Source: an uncultured Acidobacteriota bacterium (lineage in GTDB: Bacteria; Acidobacteriota; Terriglobia; UBA7540). From it: a stretch of DNA of 64,000 bases. Of the stretch, positions 38,190 through 48,504 are shown piece after piece (the first letter of the stretch is position 1; each line of letters begins with the position of its first letter). The stretch is taken from contig CAWDSK010000004.1 of NCBI GenBank assembly GCA_963804995.1, forward strand, positions 64,001 through 128,000, written 5' to 3'. A program made the translations under genes and the position numbers. The notes below the pieces were generated by a model, which searched no databases, was not told where the DNA came from, and saw nothing but the letters and a program-made list of their open reading frames with translations.

Positions 38190-38262
38190 GTAGCGGCGGG
38201 TTTACCCCGCCATTTTCGAGGCGACATTACGCTGCCACATGGCGAGGTAAACTCGCCGCTAC
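38190..38262. repeat. 73-bp REPIN-like doublet of the GTAGCGGCG REP
   Basis: Inverted GTAGCGGCG..CGCCGCTAC arms; second copy at 47238-47310, half copy at 23948-23971. Confidence 0.8.
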
Positions 38263-38502
38263 AACATCAATGTGACTCACTTCGTGCGGATGGGCAGGCT
38301 GGCGCCGACTACGGATATGTTTTTCATGGATATCCCCCAGACCAGATTATATACTCCGCTCCTCATCAAACGACGCGCTTAAGTCGCCTAATAAATTGCG
38401 ACGGGCGCGCCCGCTTGCATAATGCATGGTATCGACGTGGCGCCTGGTGACAAAGTTTTGGCTGTGCCCTCGGCGCGCGGGGAATTAAGTGGAGAAACAT
38501 CC

Positions 38503-40181
38503 ATGGCTTCCTCAAGAATGACCGGCGCGCAATTTATCGCCGGGATGCTCAAGGGGTATGGTCTTACCCACGTCTTCTTTGTCGAGTCGATACTGCGTCA
38601 AACCCTCATCGAACTCGAGCGGCTTGGCATTCGGCGTATCCTGACGCATTCAGAGGCCGCCGCTGCTTACATGGCCGACGGCTATGCGCGCGTCAGCCGC
38701 TGCCCCGGCGTATGCTTCGCTCAGTCCGTAGGCGCGGCGAACCTCGCGGCGGCCTGCAGGACGCTTATTTGGGCCGATCTCCGGTCATCGCCATAACCGG
38801 AAGAAAACCCGCCATCGCGCAACTGCGGAACGCCTATCAGGAGATCCAGCATCGGCCGTTGTTCTCCGCCGTGACCAAGTACGACGCCGATGTCGATTCC
38901 ATTCTCCAACTGCCTCACGTTCTTCCGCAGGCATTTCGCGAAGCAACTTCGGGAACGCCTCGTCCTGTCCATCTGGAGGTTGAGGGACATACGGGCGAAT
39001 TGCTGGAAAACGCGCAGGGCCAGCTTGAGATTATGGTCGAGGACCGTTATCGGCGTTGTCCTTCCCACCGTTCCCTCCCCGAACCGGATCTTCTTCAGGA
39101 AGCGGCTCGGATGATAACGCAAGCCGCCCGGCCGGTAATCGTTGCGGGGGGAGGCGCGGTTATCTCCGAGGCGGGTGATGAGATTTTTGAGCTCTCCGAG
39201 TCCTTAGGCGTTCCCGTGGCTTATTCCTTGGACGGAAAAGGCATTATTCCGGAGGACCATCCGGCCGCGGTCGGAGTGGTGGGGTCCTATTCATCCAAGA
39301 GTGCAAACCGCGTGGTTTCCGAAGCGGATCTGGTCATTTTTGTGGGGTGCGATACCGGTGACCAGGTGACCTACAACTGGCGGATTCCACGAATGGGGAC
39401 GACAGTGATCCAAATCGATGCGGACGCGGCCGAACTGGGGCGGAATTATCCCGGGACGTTGGGTATCCTCGGTGATCCCAAAGCGTCTCTCGGCGGCGTG
39501 CTAGGTTTCCTGGCTCGGCAAGATAGAAAGGACCACTGGATGTCTCACGCCCAGACCATTGTCGCGGAATGGCAGGACGAAAGGCGCTCACTGATGACGT
39601 CCGACACGGTTCCGATTCGCGTCGAGAGATTGTGCTGGGAACTAACAAAAATACTTCCCTCCAATGCTGTCCTCGTGGCCGACACCGGATTCTCGGGCAT
39701 CTGGACAGGCACATCCGTTCCCCTGACCGAGCGTGGTCAAACTTATCTCCGGTCAGCGGGGAGCCTGGGATGGGGATTTCCCGCCTCGCTGGGAGCAAAG
39801 TGCGCGGTGCCGGACCGCCCGGTGATCAGCTTCGTGGGTGATGGAGGCTTTTACTACCACCTGAGCGAATTGGAGACTGCGGCTCGGTGGGGAATCAACA
39901 CGGTGACCATCGTGAACAATAATTCGGCCCTCGGGCAGTGTTTGCCGCTCGTCGAGCAAGCTTATGGGGCGAGAAGCGGCAAGCCATCCGACCTGATGCG
40001 CTTTCGAAACGTGGATTTTACCCTCATCGCCAAGGCCATGGGCTGCCAGGGAATCCGCGTGGAGCGTCCGGATGAAATCGCACCGGCCTTGAAAAACGCA
40101 CTCGCCGCCGAGGCTCCCGTCGTCGTCGATGTCGTGACTGATCCGAGAGTACAAGCACCCGCTCCCTGGCTTCCGGAATAA
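38503..40181 (+). CDS. TPP-binding enzyme (acetolactate synthase-like), frameshifted near 38750
   Basis: MTGAQ, HSEAAAAYMADGYAR, QSVGAANLA then GLQDAYL, GSLGWGFPA, GDGG..NN. Confidence 0.88.
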
Positions 40182-40472
40182 TAATACTGAACTCCTACAA
40201 ACGCCCTTCAATGACAGTGGGAAGGATCAACATCGTCCTCGTCACTTGGCCGCGGGTGGCGCATACGTCCCGGCGCTCTGAAGCTGTGAAGAAATTCCCG
40301 CAAGTACAAAAGCGTTTCACGCAAAGGCGCAAAGCCTCGGAGGCGCAAAGAAAACAAAGCAATTATTCTTTGCGGTCTTTGCGTCTTAGCGCCTTTGCGT
40401 GAGACCGCCTATTTTTTTACACGTTCTCTTTGTCGGGATGTATGCGACCTTCAATAGGAGTAGGATAGCCGC

Positions 40473-40622
40473 GTGCCCCGGCAGAAGCATTATTACGGTC
40501 TCAACCATCCGCCTTTCGGCACCCGCAAGCCGGTTGAGAAACCCGGCGACTGGCCGTGGTCAGGTTGGAGATTTTATCTTCTGAAAGCTGACTCCCTACT
40601 CCCTATGGACCGAAGGTTGTGA
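40473..40622 (+). pseudogene. Internally deleted REP-associated tyrosine transposase (RAYT) between inverted REPs
   Basis: 49-aa frame MPRQKHYYGLNH..VEKPGDWPWSGWRFY..SLLPMDRRL; flanked by GGGTGGCGCATACGT (about 40254) and ACGTATGCGCCACCC (about 40646-40660). Confidence 0.7.
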
Positions 40623-40692
40623 TCGCACACATGCCAAAAGGCGGCACGTATGCGCCACCCGCGCACCGCAGAGCCGCGCCCTGAGATGCGCC

Positions 40693-42456
40693 AGCGGGTA
40701 GCGCGGAGGTGGCGTAGTTCAGCTTCCTCCGCGGTTCTTAACATGGCAACAACGTTCTCGGACATACATATATCGGTTAATGCCCAAGGGAAACGCCGCA
40801 GACGAAGCCAAACAGCGGCTACGTCTGCGCTACCCCGCTGAATGCTAAGCTCGGGCTACGGTTCGCAGTAGAGGCCCTTTGGCCCATCGGTCCGTAAGGG
40901 ACTTTGTAAGCTGAACTCAGCGGGGCTGGCGCAGACTGCCGCCTTTTGCAGTCTGCGATCCCGAAGGGACTTGCACTTTGAGATTATCCAGATCGGGAAT
41001 ACGAGAAACGCAGACACTGAACTGCGTGTCTGCGCCAGCCGCGATTCCCTGGCTGCCACAATGCAAGGACCAACAAGCCGCTGGTGCCGCCCGCGCTAGG
41101 CATTAGAGCTCCAGTGTGCCTTCTTTTGGCACCATGTTTTCGGCATAAATACGGTAAAATACCTTCAGAACCTTTGGCTGTTGCCCGCCAAACGCCGTCG
41201 GGCCTGTGAGTATGCCAATCTCTTGGTTAGGATGCACGACAACGTTTGCGTTTGCGATGAATTGTATGCTGTATGGCTCCTGGCGGATGTGCACATACGC
41301 ACCGACCTTGAAGGCGTCATTGCCTTCCCCGTCATACCACATCCCCCCAGTGTTTGGAACCCAACCAATATCAGCAGACGCAAATTTGGCAATTCCTCTG
41401 CCTATGTTGCGCAGCGAGAACCTCAGCGCATGACTTCCCTCAGCTACCACCCGAAGCTCCAATTCAGGTGACAAACTCCTGAAGAATAAGGCCCGAACAT
41501 CAGCCGTCGAGAGCGGTGAAAAGCTATCGCCATGACGCTTGTAGAAGTCGGAGCGATTGTTCCCGAGTGCCCTGTGCTCCGTGCTGCTCTTTGGAAACAA
41601 AGTGACGGCATAGCCTTTATCTGAGTTTTCGTCGTCATTTTCGTAAATCACGCGGTTCTGTATTCCGTCGACAACAGGTTCAGTGGAGTATTTCACATAG
41701 TCGTTTAGGCCGTTAAGAAATCTCTTAATATTGGGTATCGGCTTCAGGGTTGTTGCTTCATCGATTTCATTTGGTCCTTTTCGTGCCTCTATACCCCACA
41801 CGAGCACACCGCCCTCCTGATGTGCAAATCCCGAGGCCGCCTTGCTAAAGTGAGCTTTGTCGTCGTCAAGCAGCGCGCCGCCCGAACTACGGCTCTCTTT
41901 GAAGTCGAGGAAAACATCCTCTTGCTTCCCAAGAAGGGCACGTATGTTGCCGAAATTGTTCAAGCTGTCGTAAATAAGTGACGCGTTATTCATGAGAGCT
42001 CCCGATTGTGGTGCCCCCTGTTGGCCGGAGTTTCCGCTCGGGGCCTTCCGACACAGAAGACCTCATCCCTGTTTCTCTCCGCTCGAACCCTTGCCGCAGC
42101 AGGAGAAACGGTGTCAGAAACGGTGTCAGGAACTGTGAAACAATTGAATTTGGACCTGTTATCAACTGTGTAAAGCATTGAAAATGCGTGGTGCTGAAAT
42201 CGGTAAAACCAATTTTTTCACATGTTCCAGGGACCCTTTCTCCTCCCCGGGGTTTAGGTGCAGCTACTTGGGCTGTGGCTCAACCCTACCGAGAGCCTCG
42301 TCGGTGGCCAGTTCGAGCGGGTAGCGCGGAGGTGGCGTAGTTCAGCTTCCTCCGCGGTTCTTAACATGGCAACAATGTTCTCGGACATACATATATCGGT
42401 TAATGCCCAAGGGAAACGCCGCAGACGAAGCCAAACAGCGGCTACGTCTGCGCTAC
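40693..42456 (+). repeat. 141-bp direct repeats (40693-40833, 42316-42456) of REPIN-like structure
   Basis: Copies differ at one position by eye (AACG/AATG); imperfect terminal inversion GGGTAGCGCGGAG..GTCTGCGCTAC. Confidence 0.9.
41103..41993 (-). CDS. AlbA_2 (Schlafen-like) domain protein
   Basis: QEDVFLDFKE..SKAASGFAHQEGGVLVWGI..FYKRHGDS; visibly AT-richer than its neighbours. Confidence 0.82.
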   Translation of the reverse strand: MNNASLIYDSLNNFGNIRALLGKQEDVFLDFKESRSSGGALLDDDKAHFSKAASGFAHQEGGVLVWGIEARKGPNEIDEATTLKPIPNIKRFLNGLNDYVKYSTEPVVDGIQNRVIYENDDENSDKGYAVTLFPKSSTEHRALGNNRSDFYKRHGDSFSPLSTADVRALFFRSLSPELELRVVAEGSHALRFSLRNIGRGIAKFASADIGWVPNTGGMWYDGEGNDAFKVGAYVHIRQEPYSIQFIANANVVVHPNQEIGILTGPTAFGGQQPKVLKVFYRIYAENMVPKEGTLEL

Positions 42457-42563
42457 TCCGCTTTCTTTCTGACACCCTTTCCTTGTGACAACTGATAAGA
42501 GTGAGGCCGGCAATTCAACTCTACCCAGGCCCACCCATCAACTCCGCATGAAAATTAGCAGAG

Positions 42564-42956
42564 TTAGCTGGACACAGGGTGCAACGCCCGCTCGACACCC
42601 TCGGGATCGCGCGCGATGACGGTGAGGTAGGCTTTGGCCGGTTGGTCGGGCTCAGAACGGCCCTGTTCCCAATCCCGCAGAGTGCCGAGAGGGATGTGGT
42701 AGCGCACGGCAAACTCCTCTTGGGTCAGCGCCAGGGCGCGGCGGAGGGTCTTAACGCGTGGCACGGAACGCAGTTGCCCTGCCCGCGCTTCAGTGAGGGG
42801 CGGGTTTTCAGGGTCGCGGGCGGCGGCGGCTTCGATTTCAGCAGCACTCCGCGGAGCCAGGGATGGAGTCTCGATCGCTTCTTCGGTGCCGTCCGGTTTC
42901 ATCCGGACAAGCCCGCCGTTACGGCGCATTCTGACGATAGTAGAGGTTTTGCTCAT
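42564..42956 (-). CDS. Antitoxin with C-terminal XRE HTH
   Basis: AAARDPENPPLT..LRRALALTQEEFA..IPLGTLRDWEQGR; overlaps the BrnT-like gene. Confidence 0.85.
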   Translation of the reverse strand: MSKTSTIVRMRRNGGLVRMKPDGTEEAIETPSLAPRSAAEIEAAAARDPENPPLTEARAGQLRSVPRVKTLRRALALTQEEFAVRYHIPLGTLRDWEQGRSEPDQPAKAYLTVIARDPEGVERALHPVSS

Positions 42957-43197
42957 TTTTCGTTGCCTGGCGGGCAGAGATGATTCTGATCCGTTCCGCC
43001 CGCTCCGTATACACCACGGTCAGCACGTGATCGCCGGCCATGCCGAGCAGGATAATTCGTTCTTCGCCGTAGTCTTCCCGCAGGTCGATCCACTCAACGG
43101 CGAACGGGTCGCGAAAGGCTAGCGCCGCCTGGGCAAAGCTCACCCCGTGGTTGCGAACATTCTCGGCGGCCTTGATATCGTCCCACTCGAAGTCCAA
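42919..43197 (-). CDS. BrnT family (DUF497) toxin
   Basis: FEWD..KA..N...HGVSF..YGEER..VVYTER..IRIISAR.AT. Confidence 0.9.
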   Translation of the reverse strand: MDFEWDDIKAAENVRNHGVSFAQAALAFRDPFAVEWIDLREDYGEERIILLGMAGDHVLTVVYTERAERIRIISARQATKNEQNLYYRQNAP

Positions 43198-43580
43198 ATC
43201 AATGATACTACGGGCTGCCAGTAGCGCTGTCAAGGAGAATCCGGGACAGGAACCTGTGAAAAAATGAGCAGCCTCGCGCAGAGGCGCAGAGCCGCAGAGA
43301 TTCGAAATAGATAAATGCTTTAGTTTCATTGCCGCCTCCGCGCCTCTGCGTCTCTGCGCGAGACACTTTTGGTCTTCTGGCTAATTCTTCACACCTTCCA
43401 GGCACGATATTTCCGATTTCCTGTGGCCATCCTTCAGGGTTCTGAGCTTTACGCGGCGTCGTCCCTTGCCTCCCCGGCACCGGGTCACGGCCCCGGCTCG
43501 CGGGTGGGGACACCCGCGCTACAAACGAGGGATTACCCCATAAGAAATAATGGACGCGGGTCGATAGCCGGGAGATGGTT

Positions 43581-43900
43581 ATGAGTTTCGGTCTCAAAGG
43601 GAACGGTGGTTCTCCCGCCGGACGCGAACTTGCCGGACGGCACCGAAGTGCGCGTTGAGCCGCTACCTGCCAAACCCCTTTCGGAACGTCTGAGCGACGT
43701 AATTGGCATCGTGCACGGAGGCCCTCCCGACTTGGCGGAGAATCACGACCACTACTTTTACGGGACGCCCAAAAAGTGAAGGCACTATTTGCCTCACCGA
43801 CTGCATTTCGTTCGTCGTCATGCGGGAGCACGGCATGAACGAGGCTCTGACAGGAGACCGTCACTTTGAGCAGGCCGGCTTCATTGCCCTGCTCAAGTAG
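43581..43900 (+). pseudogene. Degraded antitoxin and VapC/PIN toxin pair
   Basis: ..LPDGTEVRVEP..DLAENHDHYFYGTPKK*, then GTG KALFA joined to LTDCISFVVMRE..ALTGDRHFEQAGF (middle of the PIN domain missing). Confidence 0.75.
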
Positions 43901-43941
43901 CGCGCTCGCGCGAACCGGCAGCCGGACACGAAGAGAGAGAC

Positions 43942-43975
<34 letters not shown>

Positions 43976-44549
43976 GAGTGACGAGTCGAGAGCACGAGCC
44001 CCGCGTCCCGTTTCCCGTCCTTGGCCCCCTCGCAGTGCCCCCGACACTCCCCCGCTTCGTTTTTCGGCGGAAGTGCGGAGGAGGATGAAGGAATATTCTT
44101 GGTTGGCGGCGGGGCCGCTCGGGAAGTGACCCCTCATCCCCACGACAAGCAGAACGTGGGTGGCGCATACGTCCCGGCGCTCTGAAGGTGTGAAAAAATA
44201 CCAATTTCACCGCTGAGACGCTGAGACGCAGAGAAATGACCCTTTGTTTTCAAACCTCTGCGCCTCCGCGTCTCCGCGGTGAAAGGTTTGATGGGATTTT
44301 TTCACAGCTTCTCTTTGTCGGGATGTATGCGGCGGAAGTCAAATACGGTGGGCAGGGTTAGAGACGTGATTCGCAGGACTGAGCTTATTCTGCGCCAGCC
44401 TGCCAAACCGTGAAAACCCCGATTCGGCCCGCTGGACGAGACCCAATCAGCGGTATATGCTTAGGGGGCAGACGAAGGGGACCGCCCTGCAAATACTGGC
44501 TGAGGAACGACTCACTGACGTGGTAGGATGATCGTGAGGGGCCAAGGCA

Positions 44550-44792
44550 ATGACCACTAATCGAATCCAGATCGACCCGGCGGTGATGATGGGCAAACCG
44601 GTGATTCAGGGGACGCGAATCACCGTCGAGTTGATCCTGCACAAGCTTGCCGAGGGAGCGACCGAAGGCGAGCTACTCGAAGATTATCCGCACCTAGCGC
44701 CCGAGGACATTCGGGCGGCGATCGCCTACGGCGCAGCGAGCGTGGCCCACGAGGAAGTAGTGCTGCTCTCGGACGCTCCGGTTGGGCACTGA
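44550..44792 (+). CDS. DUF433 antitoxin
   Basis: RIQIDPAVMMGKPVIQGTRITV..LLEDYPHL..EDIRAAIAY. Confidence 0.92.
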   Translation: MTTNRIQIDPAVMMGKPVIQGTRITVELILHKLAEGATEGELLEDYPHLAPEDIRAAIAYGAASVAHEEVVLLSDAPVGH

Positions 44793-44801
44793 TCCCGAAG
44801 C

Positions 44802-45161
44802 ATGAATTTCCTGGCCGACGAGAGCTGTGCGGGACCCGTAATTCACGCTCTGCGTGAGGCGGGCCACGACGTCGTCGCGATTGCCGAAGTTGCCAAAGGC
44901 ACAGTGGACGAACTGGTGATGGCGCGTGCGTTCGGCGAACGGCGCATCCTCATTACGGAAGACCCCGATTTCGGCGAATTGGTGTACGCGCGCGGGCACT
45001 CCTCAGCAGGAGTCATCCTGGTTAGGTTCCCGAGTCGTGTACGCCGGGCCAAGTTCCCGTCTGTCGTTGAAGCGGTGGCCAAGCTGGGCGCGCGGCTCTC
45101 CGACAGCTTCACGGTCGTGGAACCAGGACGTGTTCGCATCGCCAGCAGACCGCGAAGGTAG
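44802..45161 (+). CDS. DUF5615 PIN-like toxin
   Basis: FLADE..LREAGHDV..RILITED.DFGEL..GVIL.R. Confidence 0.9.
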   Translation: MNFLADESCAGPVIHALREAGHDVVAIAEVAKGTVDELVMARAFGERRILITEDPDFGELVYARGHSSAGVILVRFPSRVRRAKFPSVVEAVAKLGARLSDSFTVVEPGRVRIASRPRR

Positions 45162-45703
45162 CGACCGAACGAGTACCAAATCGGTACCCCTTGAGCGTTT
45201 TTCCCGTGTTTCTGGGTCCTTTTGCGTTGCCAAGCGTGCCGCAAAAACAACAAGATAGACATACTTAACTAGCTGACATGGCAAGCGGGCCGCCCCCTCT
45301 GCTCGGCCGAACTTCATTTCACTCAACTTGGGGGTGAGCCAGGTCAACTTGACGGTTTGTCGCCGAACCGGAGATGTAAACTTCACGCTCCCGAGAGGCC
45401 GTGAGCGGAAATAGCCGCTCTGTATTAGCCCTGTGTTTAGCGATTTGTCCGCAGGGTCAATCAGAAATCATCTCAGCCCGCCGAGGGGGCGTGAGAACGT
45501 AGCCCACGGCGTGAGAAGCTGTGAAGAAATCCCTGAACGGGCAAAAGTGTCTCGCGCAGAGACGCAGTGTCGCAGAGGCCGCAAAGAAAACAGATCAGTT
45601 GTTTTCTTGAATTCTCTGCGCCTCAGCGTCTCTGCGCGAGATTGTCAAATTTTTCACAGCTTCTAAGTCATGGGTGTGCGAATCCTCCCTCACCCCCATC
45701 CCC

Positions 45704-47093
45704 CATATGCGCTAGAATAAGAAATTGACTTATTCTGCTGCTGATGTATGCTTCTGGCATGAACAAGAATCTAATGGATACCGACTGGAAGTATCTATGC
45801 CAGTATTTGCCAGCCAATATGAGTGAGTTGGCTAAGCGCAGTGGAGCCGTGGCGCGATGGCGCAACCTTAAGAGCGGTGAGGAGTTATTGAGAGTTATTC
45901 TAGCATATGCCATCGAAGACCTCTCTTTGCGGAGCACGGCGGCTTGGTCCGCCCAGGCGGCTCTGGAGCTCAAGGACACCTCTATCCTGCATCGTTTGCG
46001 CAAGGCTCCTCCTCTGCTGGAGCGAGTCTTGGCGCATCTGCTGACGCAGCGACTGCGGGCCGAGCCTGCCCCGGGGCCAGCCTTTCGGATCCTCGACGCC
46101 ACCGTGCTGAGCATCCCCGGCAGCCAAGGAACGGATTGGCGTTTGCATGCCGTCTATGATCCCGCCCAGTGTCGTCTCCGACGGGTGGAGATTACCGACC
46201 ACCAGGGCGGCGAGCGCTTGGATCGCGACCGCCCGCAGCCGGGGGACATTGTCTGCGGGGACCGGGGATTGGCGCGCGCCCAAGGTATTCATGCGGTGAG
46301 CGAAGCCGGAGCCTATGTTCTGCTGCGCATGCATTGGCAGAATATTCGGCTGCACGACGCCCAGGGACAGCCTCTGAATCTGAACCAGACCTTGAAAAGG
46401 GCGGACGCTGGAGATACGGGGACCGTTGCATATGTCCCCCTTTCGGGTAAAGCCCCTGCTCCGGTGCGACTGCTGATTCGCCCTCTGCCCAGCGAAGCAG
46501 CCCACCGCAGCCGTCAGCGCTTGCGCCGCAATGCCGCCAAAAAAGGCCGCACCCCGCAGGCCACCGCCTTGCGTCTGGCCGGCTATTTCTGTGTGCTGAC
46601 CACTTTGCCGGAAGCCCTCGCCAGTGACGACGTGGTCCTGGAACTCTACCGCATCCGCTGGCAGATTGAGCTGTTCTTTAAACGCTGCAAAGGCCTCTTG
46701 CATTTTGATCAGCTCCGCGCCTTCGACCCCGGCTTGGTGCGCACCTACTGTCTGGCCAAGTTGATTGAGGTGGCCCTGATTCAGTGTTTGCATGAGGAGG
46801 CCGTTTCTATTTCCCCCTGGGGAGTTCCCCGCTGCCGGAGCGTCGCGGCTTAGCCTGTGGCGATGGGTGCATCTGCACCATTTGGATTTGATCCTGGCCA
46901 TTTACGGGACCTTCTCCTTGCGGGTTAAACAACATCGCTGGCCCCTGGCGCGTCAGGCTTTAACCGAGGCACCTCGAAAACGAATCTACGATCGAGAAAA
47001 ATTCCGGCACCCGCTCTCGCTCCTTATGAACCGCCTCCTCCACGCGCAACAACTTCGCCTAGGAGCATCGAATGAGCTATTCTAGCGCCTATG
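45704..47093 (+). mobile_element. IS4-family insertion sequence, copy 2 (1390 bp)
   Basis: Same IRs as copy 1; 11-bp TSD CCCCCATCCCC (45693-45703, 47094-47104). Confidence 0.93.
45744..46853 (+). CDS. IS4-family DDE transposase with intact triad
   Basis: ILDAT, GDRG, YRIRWQIELFFKRCK. Confidence 0.92.
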   Translation: MYASGMNKNLMDTDWKYLCQYLPANMSELAKRSGAVARWRNLKSGEELLRVILAYAIEDLSLRSTAAWSAQAALELKDTSILHRLRKAPPLLERVLAHLLTQRLRAEPAPGPAFRILDATVLSIPGSQGTDWRLHAVYDPAQCRLRRVEITDHQGGERLDRDRPQPGDIVCGDRGLARAQGIHAVSEAGAYVLLRMHWQNIRLHDAQGQPLNLNQTLKRADAGDTGTVAYVPLSGKAPAPVRLLIRPLPSEAAHRSRQRLRRNAAKKGRTPQATALRLAGYFCVLTTLPEALASDDVVLELYRIRWQIELFFKRCKGLLHFDQLRAFDPGLVRTYCLAKLIEVALIQCLHEEAVSISPWGVPRCRSVAA

Positions 47094-47381
47094 CCCCCAT
47101 CCCCTCCCGGTCGCCGCGCCGAGCCCCGATAGCGCGTTCTTTCCAAATTGATCATCGGGGCCGAGCCCCGGAGTGGCGCTGACGTACGGGCACGCCACCT
47201 GTCCCGATGGTTTCGATCGGGATGGCGTGCCCTTACTGTAGCGGCGAGTTCACCTCGCCATGTGGCGGCGTAATGCCGCCTCGAAAATGGCGAGGTAAAC
47301 TCGCCGCTACAACATCAAATTGACCCCCTACGGGCGGATGGGATAACCGCGATTTTACCAACGAACTTCTGACTCGGGGCG

Positions 47382-48101
47382 CTAGATCCGCACGAACGTC
47401 TGCTTGCGATACATGTAGTACAGGCCGAGCCACAGGATTCCCACCACTCCGGCAGCGAGGAGGCAATCCCCAAACTTCCCGAGGTGCCCCGCGAGTCCGG
47501 CGAGGACGTTGTTGCTGATATCCGCAAAGGGAATGAAAAACGGCGCCAAGTAGGCGACGATGGCGTTCATGCCGAACACGATGAAGAAGAACGCCCAGCG
47601 GCGGTAACCCAGCACGTCGATGACCCAGTAGAACAGTGCCAACAGCAACAGGCACCGGCCCCCCGCCCACAAGACCATGGAACTCGAAAAAATGTGCTTG
47701 ATGATGCGGTTAAGGTCAAACGACAGCAGGTGCCCCTGCGCGACCATTCCCAGAATCCAGAGCACCGCGACGCGATAGATCACCTTGGAATAAATGCTGC
47801 CGCGGCTGTCGCCGCGCTCCAGGCGCTTCCCGATCGAGAAGGGCATCACCACTCCTACGATGAACAGAAACAGGGGCATGACCAGGTCCGCGCCCGGGAA
47901 GCCAACCCATTCCGCGTGGTAAAACTGCCGCTCCAACCACAGCAGGAGCGGGTTGGAAAACAGCTTGCAGAATTCCATTAGGAACGGCCCGCCGACTGAG
48001 ACCCAAAACATGTCGAAGCCGCGCAGGGCGTCAATCGAAATGATGCGTTCGGAAGACTGGACGGCGTCGAACCCCGTGGGTACAAGTTTGGTCTGGCCCA
48101 T
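47382..48101 (-). pseudogene. DUF5009/HGSNAT-like membrane acyltransferase with an apparent in-frame internal deletion
   Basis: RIISIDALRGFDMFW, HAEW.G..DLVMPLFLFIVG, then an abrupt join to IIKHIFSSSMVL..FFIVFGMNAI..YRKQTF; only about 240 aa. Confidence 0.7.
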
Positions 48102-48504
48102 CACCCTGCACTCTTTAAAATTGGAATAGGTTTTCTCGGCTCAGGCCGGGGGGTCTGATTTATCCATGACAAATGCCACCCCCCTTTTTTGCAGGTCCAC
48201 GACTTTTTGTCATCATGGTGAGACTGTCCCAGAAGTTGCTCTCCGCGGGGCATAGCGAGCGAGGTCCCACCAACTTTCCCATCCTACCGTCATTTTCACC
48301 CCCCGCTTTTCGTGTCCCGATTGGCCGCGTTTCGCCACTACGCCAAAACCTTTTCGAGCCACTCCGATCGAATCCGTAGCCCGCCTGGACAACAATTAGA
48401 AGTCAGAGTGGGGCGGCATCAGTTGCCGAATTCCTTTACCACCTTCTGGGCGCTCTGGTATAAATATCCGCCTCGATACCATGCGCCGAAATATGGGGGC
48501 AATC

